Positions 23,910 through 35,559 of a stretch of 64,000 nucleotides of DNA are shown piece by piece. Positions within the stretch are counted from its first letter, which is position 1; each line of letters begins with the position of its first letter. The DNA lies in NCBI RefSeq assembly GCF_035084215.1, contig NC_090363.1, positions 4,278,001 through 4,342,000 of the forward strand. Reading direction: 5' to 3'. The notes under the pieces were generated by a model, which had not been told where the DNA came from, made no database searches, and worked only from the letters and a program-made list of their open reading frames with translations. Position numbers and translations under genes: made by a program. Source of the stretch: Heptranchias perlo. Its lineage: Eukaryota.

Positions 23910-25047
23910 GCACCAAGGAGCCCTAGTAAAATTGAAGTCAATGGGAATCAGGGGGAAAACTCTCCAGTGGCTGGAGTCATACCTAGGACAAAGGAAGATG
24001 GTAGTGGTTGTTGGAGGCCAATCATCTCAGCCCCAGGACATTGCTGCAGGAGTTCCTCAGGGCAGTGTCCTAGGCCCAACCATCTTCAGCTGCTTCATCA
24101 ATGACCATCCCTCCATCATAAGGTCAGAAATGGGGATGTTCGCTGATGACTGCACAGTGTTCAGTTCCATTCGCAACCCCTCAAATAATGAAGCAGTCCG
24201 AGCCCGCATGCAGCAAGACCTGGACAACATCCAGGCTTGGGCTCATAAGTGGCAAGTAACATTCGCGCCAGATAAGTGCCAGGCAATGACCATCTCCAAG
24301 AAGAGAGAGTCTAACCACCTCCCCTTGACATTCAACGGCATTACCATCGCCGAATCCCCCACCATCAACATCCTGGGGGTCACCATTGACCAGAAAATTA
24401 ACTGGACCAGCCATATAAATACTGTGGCTACGAGAGCAGGTCAGAGGCTGGGTATTCTGCGGCGAGTGACTCACCTCCTGACTCCCCAAAGCCTTTCCAC
24501 CATCTACAAGGCACAAGTCAGGAGTGTGATGGAATACTCTCCACTTGCTTGGATGAGTGCAGCTCCAACAACACTCAAGAAGCTCGACACCATCCAAGAC
24601 AAAGCAGCCCGCTTGATTGGCACCCCATCCACCACCCTAAACATTCATTCCCTTCACCACCGGCGCACTGTGGCTGCAGTGTGTACCATCCACAGGATGC
24701 ACTGCAGCAACTCCCCAAGGCTTCTTCGACAGCACCTCCCAAACCCGCGACCTCTACCACCTAGAAGGACAAGAGCAGCAGGCACATGGGAACAACACCA
24801 CCTGCACGTTCCCCTCCAAGTCACACACCATCCCGACTTGGAAATATATCGCCGTTCCTTCATCGTCGCTGGGTCAAAATCCTGGAACTCCCTTCCTAAC
24901 AGCACTGTGGGAGAACCGTCACCACACGGACTGCAGCGGTTCAAGAAGGCGGCTCACCACCACCTTCTCAAGGGCAATTAGGGATGGGCAATAAATGCCG
25001 GCCTCGCCAGCGACGCCCACATCCCATGAACGAATAATAAAAAAAAA
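23910..25047 (+). mobile_element. 5'-truncated CR1/L2-group LINE (RT C-terminal half), second family
   Basis: GVPQGSVLGP, FADD, YKAQVRSVMEY; ends ...CACATCCCATGAACGAATAATAAAAAAA; inserted into an antisense L2 3' fragment. Confidence 0.9.
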
Positions 25048-25737
25048 TCTCGGAGGGTTGTAGGGCTGGAGGAGGTTACAGAGATAGGGAGAGGGGGCGA
25101 GGCTACAGAGGGATTTGAAAACAAGGATGAGAATTTTAAAACTGAGGCGTTCCCGGACTGGGAGCCAATGTAGGTCAGCGAGCACAGGGGGGTGATGGGT
25201 GAATGGGACTTGGTGTGAACTAGGATACGGGCTCCTGTGAAGCACTTTGGGACATTTTACTTGGTTAAAGGCGCTATATAAATGCAAGTTGTTGTTGTTT
25301 ATGGCCCCCTTGTTACCAATAATCTCATGAGATGTCACCGTACATACGTTTAGGAGGGATCCCAAAAAATATTCAAACCCCCTCAACACCAGCTGCCAGT
25401 TACTGTGCTACAGGGTCACAGGCTAGAAATGGATGAGAAAGATCTACTTGATCTATTCTTGTTCAGCCATCCAGAAAACCCTGGAATCCAGCTCCTCCCC
25501 CACCTTCCCAACCCACCTTCCCAGCCCCACATCACAACACCAATTGCTGTTTCTGAAACGATTCTAGAGTGTTACCTCCGTTATACCACCGAGAAGGCCA
25601 GTCCATGAATCTGAAGTGCTGTCTCAAAGCTGTACCTTCTCTGCACTCTCACAGCGAGTGACAGTGAGGTCTCTATCCCTCCCTCGACCCCACACAAAGC
25701 AAAAAAAGACAGTTCATTTGACTCAGTAAAAGGAAAG

Positions 25738-26070
25738 AGTTTGCATTTCTATAGCACCTTTCGCAACCTCAGGACGTCCCAAAGCGCTTTACAGCCAATG
25801 AAGTACTTTTTGAAGTGTAGTCACTGTTGTAAAGTAGGAAAATGCGATAGCCAATTTGCGCACAGCAAGATCCCGCAAACAGCAATGAGATAAATCGCCC
25901 GGTAATCTGTTTTTTTTACTGATGTTGGTTGAGGGATAAATACCGACCGGGACAGCGGGGAGAACTCCCCTGCTCCTCTCCGAAATAGTGGCCACGGGAT
26001 CTTTTACATCCGACCTGAGAGGGCAGACGGGGCCTCGGTTTTAATGTCTCATCCGAAAGACGGCTCCTCT
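25738..26070 (-). mobile_element. SacSINE1-like SINE (5'-truncated)
   Basis: Same family motifs. Confidence 0.8.
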
Positions 26071-27120
26071 GACCTGGGTGTGAACCACAGTCTGCGGTGG
26101 TTAATGCAAAGGTTAGGTATCCTGCTATGTAGGAAGTCTGCTTCCTGGGTGTCATGAGCATCTGATGGAGATGTTACATGTGGAAGGAGGTTTGGATTCC
26201 CCCAGTTGGTAAACACAATTTAGTTTTTGTGGCTGTTATAATGATTTCCATTCACCAGGCGATCTAATGCAATAGGTTTACGCCATGCAGTCAGTGAGAA
26301 AAGCAGCAATCTTGGAAAACATAATTAGCATTACCTCACGGTGAATCACAATGTTTTCAATGAGATTTAATACCGGGGATTATTTCCTGTGTTAGCTAAG
26401 TAATGACTGCTCACTTAAACCTTGTAATAAGGGCTGGGTCCACGGTGAGTTCTTCCTGGGGTGGGGGGAGTATAACTGATTCTACCATTTCCAATGGTCT
26501 GGAAACACCCTCCCAGGCCTTAAGTTTCTGACCGCAGGGTATGGACACTTGGCACAGTGCTCGTGAGGGTCCTCCCTCTGCTATTTCAATGGAGGCGCCA
26601 AAACGGGTTCCCTTAAACTAGCGGAGGGAGGAGGTTGATACGACACGGACATTACACGGACGATATCCCACCGTGCCGCTGGAGTCTCTCGGGCTTAGAA
26701 ACGATCCCGTCAGACGCCAGCGTTTGGACAGTTGGGTATTTTGTTTCACCTGGTCTGAAATTCTGCCATCGCGTTGGATGCAAGCGAATGGGTGGTTGGG
26801 AAGGGGGGAGGGGGTGATTTTAACGTTGGCCCTTGGCATCGAACGGGCAAGTGCGGACGGGCCGCCTCCACCGGAAGCCCGAGCTCACCCGAGGGCGCCA
26901 AGGGAGTGGTGACCTCCCGTCCTGCTCTCCCACAGCAACAAGTCGGCAGCTTCAGCAGGGGCGAGGGAACAGGAGGAGTCAAACTCGACTAGACGAGAGG
27001 AGGTGAGGTTCTGTATTCGCCATGACCAAGCTGGAGTTACACTCCTCTGTGGGGTCGTGAACCCTATTACAAATCTGCGATGGTCACTTCCCATTTCCTC
27101 TGTCGTCACACAGCCCTGTG

Positions 27121-27148
27121 GGGATTTTCCGATGGCCAACTTTAAATA
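27121..27148 (+). promoter_or_regulatory. Paralog 2 proximal promoter: consensus NF-kB site plus TATA-like box
   Basis: GGGATTTTCC (27121-27130) matches GGGRNWYYCC. TTTAAATA is at 27141-27148, about 105 nt before the ATG. Confidence 0.65.
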
Positions 27149-27252
27149 GAGCTCATTGCCCCAACAGAGGCACAAACAAACTCAAAACGCATGTGAATCG
27201 TGACAGAGCCCGAGGCGACAGACACTACCTGTTCAACAAGAAGCCCGTGAAG

Positions 27253-30200
27253 ATGAGTAACGAGAGCATGCTGTCAGATGTTGAGGCGGGCGAAGGGCTG
27301 GTCGAGAAGCAGACTGATGCTAAGAGCAGTCGTCTCTGTCAGACTCTCACCGTGATCACTATTCTGGGCTTGGTGACTTTCTCTTCATATCTGTTACTCT
27401 GTCAACTTGGAGTTTTATCTTCAAACCAGGTGCGTAGATTTATTTTAGAAAATAAATTCAGTTCAGTCTTTACCAGCTCCCTACTTCCTTTCTATCTTTC
27501 ATTCTATCTTTCTCCCTTTTCTTCCTTCCTTCCTTCCTTTCTCCTTTTCTTTCTTTCTCTCTTTCTTTCTTTCCCCCTTACTTTCTCTCTTTCCCTCTCT
27601 CTTTCCCCCTTACTTTCTCTCTTTCCCCCTTTCTTTCCCCCTTACTTTCTCTCTTTCTTTCTTTTCCACTTACTTTCTCTCTTTCCCTCTTACTTTCTCT
27701 CTTTCCCTCTTTCTTTCCCCCTTACTTTCTCTCTTTCCCCCTTTCTTTTTCTCTTTCTTTCTCTCCCACTTACTTTCTCTCTTTCCCTCTTACTTTCTCT
27801 CTTTCCCTCTTTCTTTCCCCCTTACTTTCTCTGTTTCCCTCTTTCTTTCCCCCTTACTTTCTTTCTTTACCCCTTACTTTCTCTCTTTCCCTCTTACTTT
27901 CTCTCTTTCCCTCTTACTTTCCCCCTTACTTTCTCTCTTTCCCCCTTTCTTTCTCTCTTTCTTTCTCTCCCACTTACTTTCTCTCTTTCCCACTTACTTT
28001 CTCTCTTTCTTTCCCCCTCACTTTCTCTCTTTCCCTCTTTCTTTCCCACTTACTTTCTCTCTTTCCCCCTTACTTTCTCTCTTTCCCTCTTTCTTTCCCT
28101 CTTACTTTCTCTCTTTCTTTCCCCCTTACTTTCTCTCTTTCCCCCTTACTTTCTCTCTTTCTCCCTTTCTTTCTCTCTTTCTTTCTTTCCCCCTCACTTT
28201 CTCTCTTTCCCCCTTTCTTTCTTTCGTTCCCTCTTTGTTTCTTTCATTCTCTCTTTCTTTCTCCCATTCTTTCTCTCTTTCTTTTTTGCTGTCATTTTTG
28301 TTTGTATGAAAATATGTTGTCCAGCATTTTAAAGATTTTAGGAGAAGACAGTTCACTTTGTGCATAAAATTCCTTGCTCGTGGGTAAATATCTCTTAACC
28401 AAATCTCTAGTCGTCTATCCTGCTGTCTCTGTGTTAGTTTATAAGTTAGTGAGTAATATATCTCCATATGGATATCTGTCCACCTGTAGAACATAAATTT
28501 GCTCTTCCTGTGCTATTTCATGAACCATGTAATCAATTAAAACAATCTGCTCTATTTTTGGGGCAGATTTTGACTTTGAGTGATAATGTAAAATGGGTGA
28601 TAGCAAATCGGCCGCCCGTTTTACACAGAATCATACAGCATAGGAGGCCATTCAGCCCATCGTACCTGTGCCGGCTCTTTCAAAGAGCTATCCCATTCCT
28701 CCTTGCACTTTCCCCATTGCCCTCCAATTTTCTCCCCCCGATCTCTCACGTTTTTTTATCTCCATTGATGTAAAACGGGCTACTGATTGGCTATCACCCG
28801 ACTTACACTATGGCGCAAGGCTCTAAAACCTGACGCCTTTGTGTTTACATTGTATAATCAATGCTATAAAATAACGAGCTTCTTTATTGCTGCACCTCAG
28901 CCCTCACTCCCGGTTCAATCTGACTACGTTTTATTTAATCTCTCTGTAAGTCCACCGTTGAATTTGCCCCCCTTGGATTTGGGGTCCAGGTCAAGCTATC
29001 TGAAGGAGGTCCTGTCTCTGGACATTTCTCCGTCCTGTCTGACACAGGACGATTAGCCTATTAGCGAAGGGAGAGGGCGTTCAGTAGTGTCACCACCGAC
29101 ATCTTCCCCCACCAGAGGAAGTCGGCAAGTGGTCGATCGCGTGAGATAGGACAAATCTGATCAGTGAAATCTCGTCGGTACAGGAAGGACACACTGCAAA
29201 GGTTCGCAGGGCAGGTGTGTCGCTAAGAGTCAATGTGGAAGTCTCTTAACTACCCTCTGAAGTGGCCTAGAGAGCCAATCGGAGCAGCTAGCAACGGGCG
29301 TAGGATCGCCAACTCTGGTTGGACATATTCCTGGAGGTGTCATACGGATATATGTACGAGCATACGAATTAAGAGCAGGAGTAGGCCATTCGGCCCCTCG
29401 AGCCTGCTCTTCCATTTGATAAGATCATGGCTGATCTGATTGTGACCTCAACCCTACTTTCCCATCTACCTACTATAACCTTTGGCTCCCCTGTTAATCA
29501 GGAATCTATCTAACTCCGCCTTAAAGAATATTCAATGACCCTGCCTCCACCGCTCTCTGGGGAAGGGAGTTCCACAGACTCACGACCCTCTGCGAGAAAA
29601 CATTTCTCCTCATCTCCGTCTTCAATGGGAGACCCCTTATTTTTAAACTGTGGCCCCGAGTTCTAGTCTCTCCCACAAGGGGAAACATCCCCTCAGCATC
29701 TACCCCTTCTAGTCCCCTCAGGATCTTATATGTGTCAATAAGATCACATCTCATTCTTCTAAACTCCAGTGTATACAGGCCCAACTTGTCCAACCTTTCC
29801 TCATAAGATAACCCCCTCATCCCAGGAATCAGTCGAGTGAACCTTCTCTGAACCGCCTCCAAAGCAATTATGTCCTTTCTTAAATAAGGAGACCAAAACT
29901 GCACACAGTATTCTAGATGTGGTCTCACCAATGCCCTGTACAACTGTAGCAAAACATCTCTACTTTTATATTCCATTCCCCTTGCAATAAATGACAACAT
30001 GCCATTTGCCTTCCTAATCACTTGCTGTACCTGCATACTAACTTTTTGTGATTCATGTACTAGGACACCCAGATCCCTCTGTACCTCAGAGTCCTGCAAT
30101 CTCTCTCCATTTAAATAAAATACTGCTTTTCTATCACATGACGTCCTGCCTCTAACGGCCCCGCCCCACTCTCCCGCCATTGGTAACCCCTTATTCATGA

Positions 30201-32736
30201 TGTCCCGCCTTCCCACACCAATTGGGAAGCAAATGGTCCCGTCGTTACCCAATTGGATGATTCTTGATTGTCGGTCAAAGAGACTTTTCTCCCTCTTGTC
30301 CGATATTTTTATAACTTTGTAAACAAAAGTGTTCAAAGAGAAGAAACACTATTTTTTTTCTGCCTGGTATTTTGCTCACAGCGGTGGCCTGGAGATTAAC
30401 CTTTAATTCCTGGAGACTCCAGGACAATCCCGGAGGGTTGTAGGGCTGGAGGTTGTCACCTTGCATTTCTGTAAGCTTGAGCTCATTCAAAACTCTGCTG
30501 CCCCGTATCCTAACTCACACCAAGTCCCGTTCTCCCATCACCCCCTGTGCTCGCTGACCGACATTGGCTCCCGGTCCGGGAACGCCTCGATTTCAAAATT
30601 CTCATCCTTATTTTCAAATCCCTCCGTGGCCTCGCCCCCTCCGTTTCTCTGTCACCTCCTCCAGCCCTACAACCCTCCGAGATCTCTGCGCTCCTCCAAT
30701 TCCTGCCTCTTGCGCATCCCCGATTTTCATCGTTCCACCATTGGCGGCCGTGCCTTCAGCTGCCTGGGCCCGAAGCTCTGGAATTCCCTCCCTAATCCTC
30801 TCCCCCTCTCTCTCCTCCTTTAAGACGCTCCTTAAAACCCAGCGTTTGGTCACTTGTCTTGTTTTCTCCTTATGTGGCTCGGTGTCAGATTTTGTCTGAA
30901 AACACTCTTGTGAAGCGCCTTGGGGTCGTTTTACTACGTTAAAGGCGCTATATAAATGCAAATTGTTGTTGTTGTTACAGAGATAGGGAGGGGCGAGGCC
31001 ACAAAGGGATTTGAACATATGTCTTTGTTTCCTTCTCTAGAAAGCAGCAGTGACCGTGGAGCCTGTCCAGGCACAGAGTGTGGGAGATGTTCCATCGCTA
31101 TCTGTTAATCCAGGTGAGTGCTCCCTTCTCATGGTCACCATCATCTGTTGCCAGTTTTCAGTACTTGCACATTACACAAGCGACTCGCCAGGTGATCCAG
31201 ACTGAGCGTTCAACTCTGCTTTTTCAGGTCTGCCTCGTCTCATGAATGTGGTGGGCAGAGCACCAAAGAAGATTGCAGTCCATCTGACAGGTACGAGACT
31301 GCCTCTGTCTATGAATCTAACGCTAGTCTGTCTTCACTCCAGACGTCAGACTCCAGACACCACACTTAGTTACACGTGTAAAATGTTCTTTAACCCAAGG
31401 GAGAAGGGAAGCCCGTCCTTGACCTGGAGCCTACAATTTACAATCCACCCACTGACTGAACTCAGAGGTTTACAAACAGCCACAGCTGGCTGTGTTTGCC
31501 TATTTGGGCCACTGCCCAAAGGGAGGTTCTTGAGCAGCGACCTCAATGGAACTGGCTGGGTTAGCAGTTAAACATCACAAGCGTGTGGGAGATCCTGCAC
31601 TCGTGAAGCATTCTCTCTCTGTACAGGTGAAGCACTCTCCCCTTGTGCAGGGGAAGAACTCTCCACCTGTACTGGTGAAGCACTCTCCGCCTGTACTTGT
31701 GACGCACTCTCCGCCTGTACTTGTGACGCACTCTCCGCCTGTACTTGTGACGCACTCTCCGCCTGTACTTGTGAAGCACTCTCCGCCTGTACTTGTGAAG
31801 CACTCTCCGCCTGTACTGGTGAAGCACTCTCCGCCTGTACTGGTGAAGCAGTCTCCTCCTGTATAGATGAAGTACTTGCTTTCTGTACAGGTGAAGCACT
31901 CTCCGCCTGTACAGGTGAAGCACTCTCTCTGCCTGTACAGGTGAAGCACTCTCTCTGCCTGTACAGGTGAAGCACTCTCTCTGCCTGTACAGGTAAAGCA
32001 CTCTCCGCCTGTACAGCTGAAGCACTCTCTCTGCCTGTACAGGTGTAGCACGCTCCACCTGTACAGGTGAAGCACTCTCTCCCTCTGTACAGGTGAAGCA
32101 CTCTCCGCCTGTACAGGTGTAACACTCTCCGTCTGTACAGGTGTAGCACTCTCCGTCTGTACAGGTGAAGCACTCTCCGCCTGTACAGGTGTAACACTCT
32201 CCGCCTGTACAGGTGTAGCACTCTCCGCCTGTACAGGTGAAGCACTCTCCGCCTGTACAGGTGTTAACGTACCTTTCTACCCTTGTGATGAATTTCACTC
32301 TCATCTTCTTCTCCTCCTCTGCTCAGCCTCCCCAACCACACGAGGGAAGCGAAAAGTGATGTGGCAGAAGAAGGGAGTCCTCCCTGAGGGCGTGGGGTTC
32401 AGGGACAACAGTCTGGTCATCAAGACCCCCGGTCTGTACTTTGTCTACACACAGGTGGTCTTCTACAGCAGGGGCTGCCAGGACCAGTCCATCTTCCTCA
32501 GCCACGAGCTCGCCAAGCTCTCGACTTCCTACAGATCCAAGGTGACGCTGCTCAGCGCCATGAAGTCCGCCTGCCACGCTGGCCGACACGACGACCCCTG
32601 GTACAGGGCCTCCTACCAGGGGGCCGTCTTCGAGTTTGCGGAGGGAGATAAGATCTTCGCCAGGGTTGGTGCGAACACAGCGCATTACGTGAACACTGAG
32701 GAAGGAAAGAGCTACTTTGGATTATTTGCTTTGTGA
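27253..32736 (+). CDS. tnf: TNF-like ligand, paralog 2 (4 coding exons, 240 aa); N-terminus most similar to mammalian TNF
   Basis: Exons 27253-27429, 31041-31113, 31228-31290, 32327-32736, GT-AG, phases 0/1/1, 723 nt in frame. N-terminus MSNESMLSDVEAG resembles human TNF MSTESMIRDVELA. TM LTVITILGLVTFSSYLLL; KIAVHLT; GLYFVYTQVVF; WYRASYQGAVF; YFGLFAL. The symbol denotes family-level similarity; 1:1 orthology is unproven. Confidence 0.92.
27480..28290. repeat. CT-rich simple repeat (CTTACTTTCTCTCTTTCC-like) in intron 1 of paralog 2
   Basis: Low-complexity polypyrimidine tract. Confidence 0.93.
29346..30130 (-). mobile_element. CR1 3' fragment in intron 1 of paralog 2
   Basis: RDLGVLV...LYRALVRPHLEYCVQFWSP...FSQRVV translation plus CR1 3'UTR. 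Confidence 0.9.
31600..32262. repeat. About 24-bp minisatellite (GTGAAGCACTCTCCGCCTGTACAG) in intron 3 of paralog 2
   Basis: Visible periodicity; ends about 65 nt before the exon 4 acceptor. Confidence 0.93.
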
Positions 32737-33074
32737 GGGGCCCCGAGTAGACGGCTAAAGACACTGTTCTAGGTTAAAGTCTAAGGGGGGTGGGGGGGGG
32801 GGGGCCCATCAGCGGCACAATCCGGGGCAGGTGGACCGGCTCCCGGTTCCGCTGAGCTTCTTCCGTCTGTCTCCCCTCCCCTCCCCCCTCCAGTGCAGGC
32901 GTCACCACAAGACACAGCATCTGGCAGGTTGGCATATTCCATGGGACGTCCCGCCAGTCGTATCTTCGTTGCCTCCCCCCTCCTCCCCCACCCAGCGCTA
33001 AGAACCTCTGCCCAACGCGCGATTCAGGTGGACGAGGTCTTAATGGATCTCCTCCGAAAGACGGCCACTCCGGG

Positions 33075-33440
33075 AGAGGGAGCGCCGCCCTGTCGGAGGT
33101 GCCGTCTTTCGGATGGGACGTCAAACCGAGGCCCCGTCTGGCCTCTCGGGTGGATGTGAAAGATCCCCCCAGGGCCACTATTTCGAAGAAGAGCAGGGGG
33201 GAGTTCTCCCCGGTGTCCTGGGGGGCCAATATTTATCCCTCAACCAACATCACTAAAAAAACAGATTATCCGATCATTATCTCATTGCTGTTTGTGGGAT
33301 CTTGCTGTGCGCAAATTGGCTGCCGCGTTTCCTACATTACAACAGTGACTACACTTCAAAAATAATTACTTCATTGGTGGTAAAGTGCGTTGAGACGTCT
33401 TGAGGTCGTGGAAGGTGTTTTATATAAATGCGAGTTCTTA
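33075..33440 (+). mobile_element. SacSINE1-like SINE in the 3' region of paralog 2
   Basis: Same family motifs. Confidence 0.8.
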
Positions 33441-35559
33441 ATTTCATTTTCTTTCTTGAACCCCTGGCCCTCTGCCTCAGAGGCGAGAGAGTTACCCATC
33501 GAGCCATGGCTGATGCTTACAGGCGTTGAGGGAGCCAGCAAAGGGGATAATCTTGGCTTGAACCAAACACTTGTAGAGCTGTCATTAGCGCCGGAAAGTC
33601 CCTCAGGAAGCCCTCCCTGATTTAATCCACATTATTCCTCAAAGAAAATTCCCAGCTCCACATGTGAAATCTCAAGTCTGATATTCAGACTGTTTTAATC
33701 TGTGTGACCGGATTACTGGTCCTGAAACCTGTATGGCTTTATGCCTTATAATGTAACTTACTGTATAATATACAGTCAGATAGTTTTAATGGCTGTATAT
33801 TTTATTTATTTTTATTTAATTTTGAATGTAACTTGTACTGATTTGCCACTGTTAACTCTATTAACTGATGGGCAGCATTTTTACACTTTAATGCTCCTGG
33901 GACCTGATTTTAGGAAATTCTGTACACCACCCCCTGCCTTTCTACGATTTTCCACCTATTAATTTTAACGATTGGGAAACGGTCATTGCAGAAATTCCTG
34001 ACATACTCCAGGAGCTGAGCTGGTTGAATGATTGCCTCAGACAGCTGGTAACTGTAGCTTTTCATATCTAGGTGTGTTTTCTAAACTAAATTTGAGTTTT
34101 ACAAATTGCCCATGGTGGGATTTGAACTCATGGTTGTCTAGGATTATTAACGCAGACGACATAACCACGATGCTACCATACTCTCCCCACTCCCCAGGGA
34201 GCCAGAGATCTTAAACTTAAGCTTTTATTTCCTCTCTGCATGCCATTTTTAGCTGACTAGTCAATGAGTTTTGTGTAGAATGTTGCTGACTGCGCTAGTT
34301 AAGAAAGTTGCTAACCGTGGGGGGGTTAACCACTGCCCCGGAATAGTACAGAAAGGAATTGAACACAGACTAAAAATAACCTGCAGAGGAAATCACACCT
34401 CCCAAAGTCTGTTCCAGTTACTTGTGGCACAAATGAAAAGATGTCATGTTAAAACACCCTCTTCATTCTAAATATATCCTCAGAAGACAGAGATAGGACA
34501 ACCTTTTGTGAGATTTATTTTAATTTAGTAGCCGATTTCTCAAATAAAAATGTTCCTCACTGTCGGAAAATGCAAGGACGAGGGTGTTGCGCTGTTAGCA
34601 CACTGCGTAATATTCCCTTGCTGAGATGCAGCTGCGTGCAAGCACTGGCCTGTCCCTTTAAGGCTACAAGGCCTGAATAGTGCCACCCGAAGGTCAGTTA
34701 GAGGCTAATTCCCTCTTAGGTACAACCCGCGGTCAGTCAGAGAGTAATTGTTTCTCTTTCGATTTGCAGCTGCTGTTAAATCCCCAGCCAGAAATGACTG
34801 GTTCTCTTTATTTCTTATTTTTTTAGTTTGTTCTTATTTTAAAGACGATTTTTGCATCTGTAACAAAGAACGGACACTTTGAAATATGGCACCCAAAGTG
34901 TGAGAGAATCAAAATTTTATATTGTATGTATATTTGTTTTTTATATTAAAAAAAGCTTCTCCACTGAATGTATTTATTTCATTTATTAAATTCTGAACAG
35001 GGAACGCCATGCGTCTGTTGTCCACACAGAAATCCTACAATACAAGAAAAGTAATGAAATGTTTATTTTGGGAATGCTGAAGGCCACCTTCTCTTTTTAT
35101 AGGCCAGCTCAATCCTCCACTTTGCTTTCCTCTGGTTCCTGCACGGGTTGGGTGTGATAGTACAGGCCCCGATGTTCCTTCGGGCTTTTGGAGGGCGCAG
35201 CAAAGTGGGCTGGAGGTAGCGGGCGTGGAAATTGGGGGCGGGACCCGATGATGTCAGTTCCCTGCCTCTTTTCCCGTAGACTGAAACTTCTGGGTGAATT
35301 TGTGGGCAGGAACATAGTTATGCCCATCCCACAAGTGGGCAGGATAATGCAAACGTGGGGAATGGCATCGAACGGCATAATTCCTGCGTTTACTCCCTTA
35401 GCAACGCTGAGAACAAAGAGCTCTTGAGTGGTCCTGGTGACCGGTGTTGATGAGGACGTCAGAGGCCACTGTTGGTTCAAAGCCGGGGTTTCCCCATGGC
35501 ACTGACTCACAGAGCAGCAGAAAAACCAGCCTATTAGAAAAAGGGACACAAAAGTTGGT

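Noticed and set aside
27118-28332. 404-aa ORF
   Set aside because: Only 27253-27429 is real (exon 1 of paralog 2); the rest reads through the donor into a CT-rich intron repeat.
31546-32304. Cys-rich repetitive ORFs (CFTCTGGE)n resembling a zinc-finger or metallothionein protein
   Set aside because: Translation of a 24-bp intronic minisatellite that is open in several frames.
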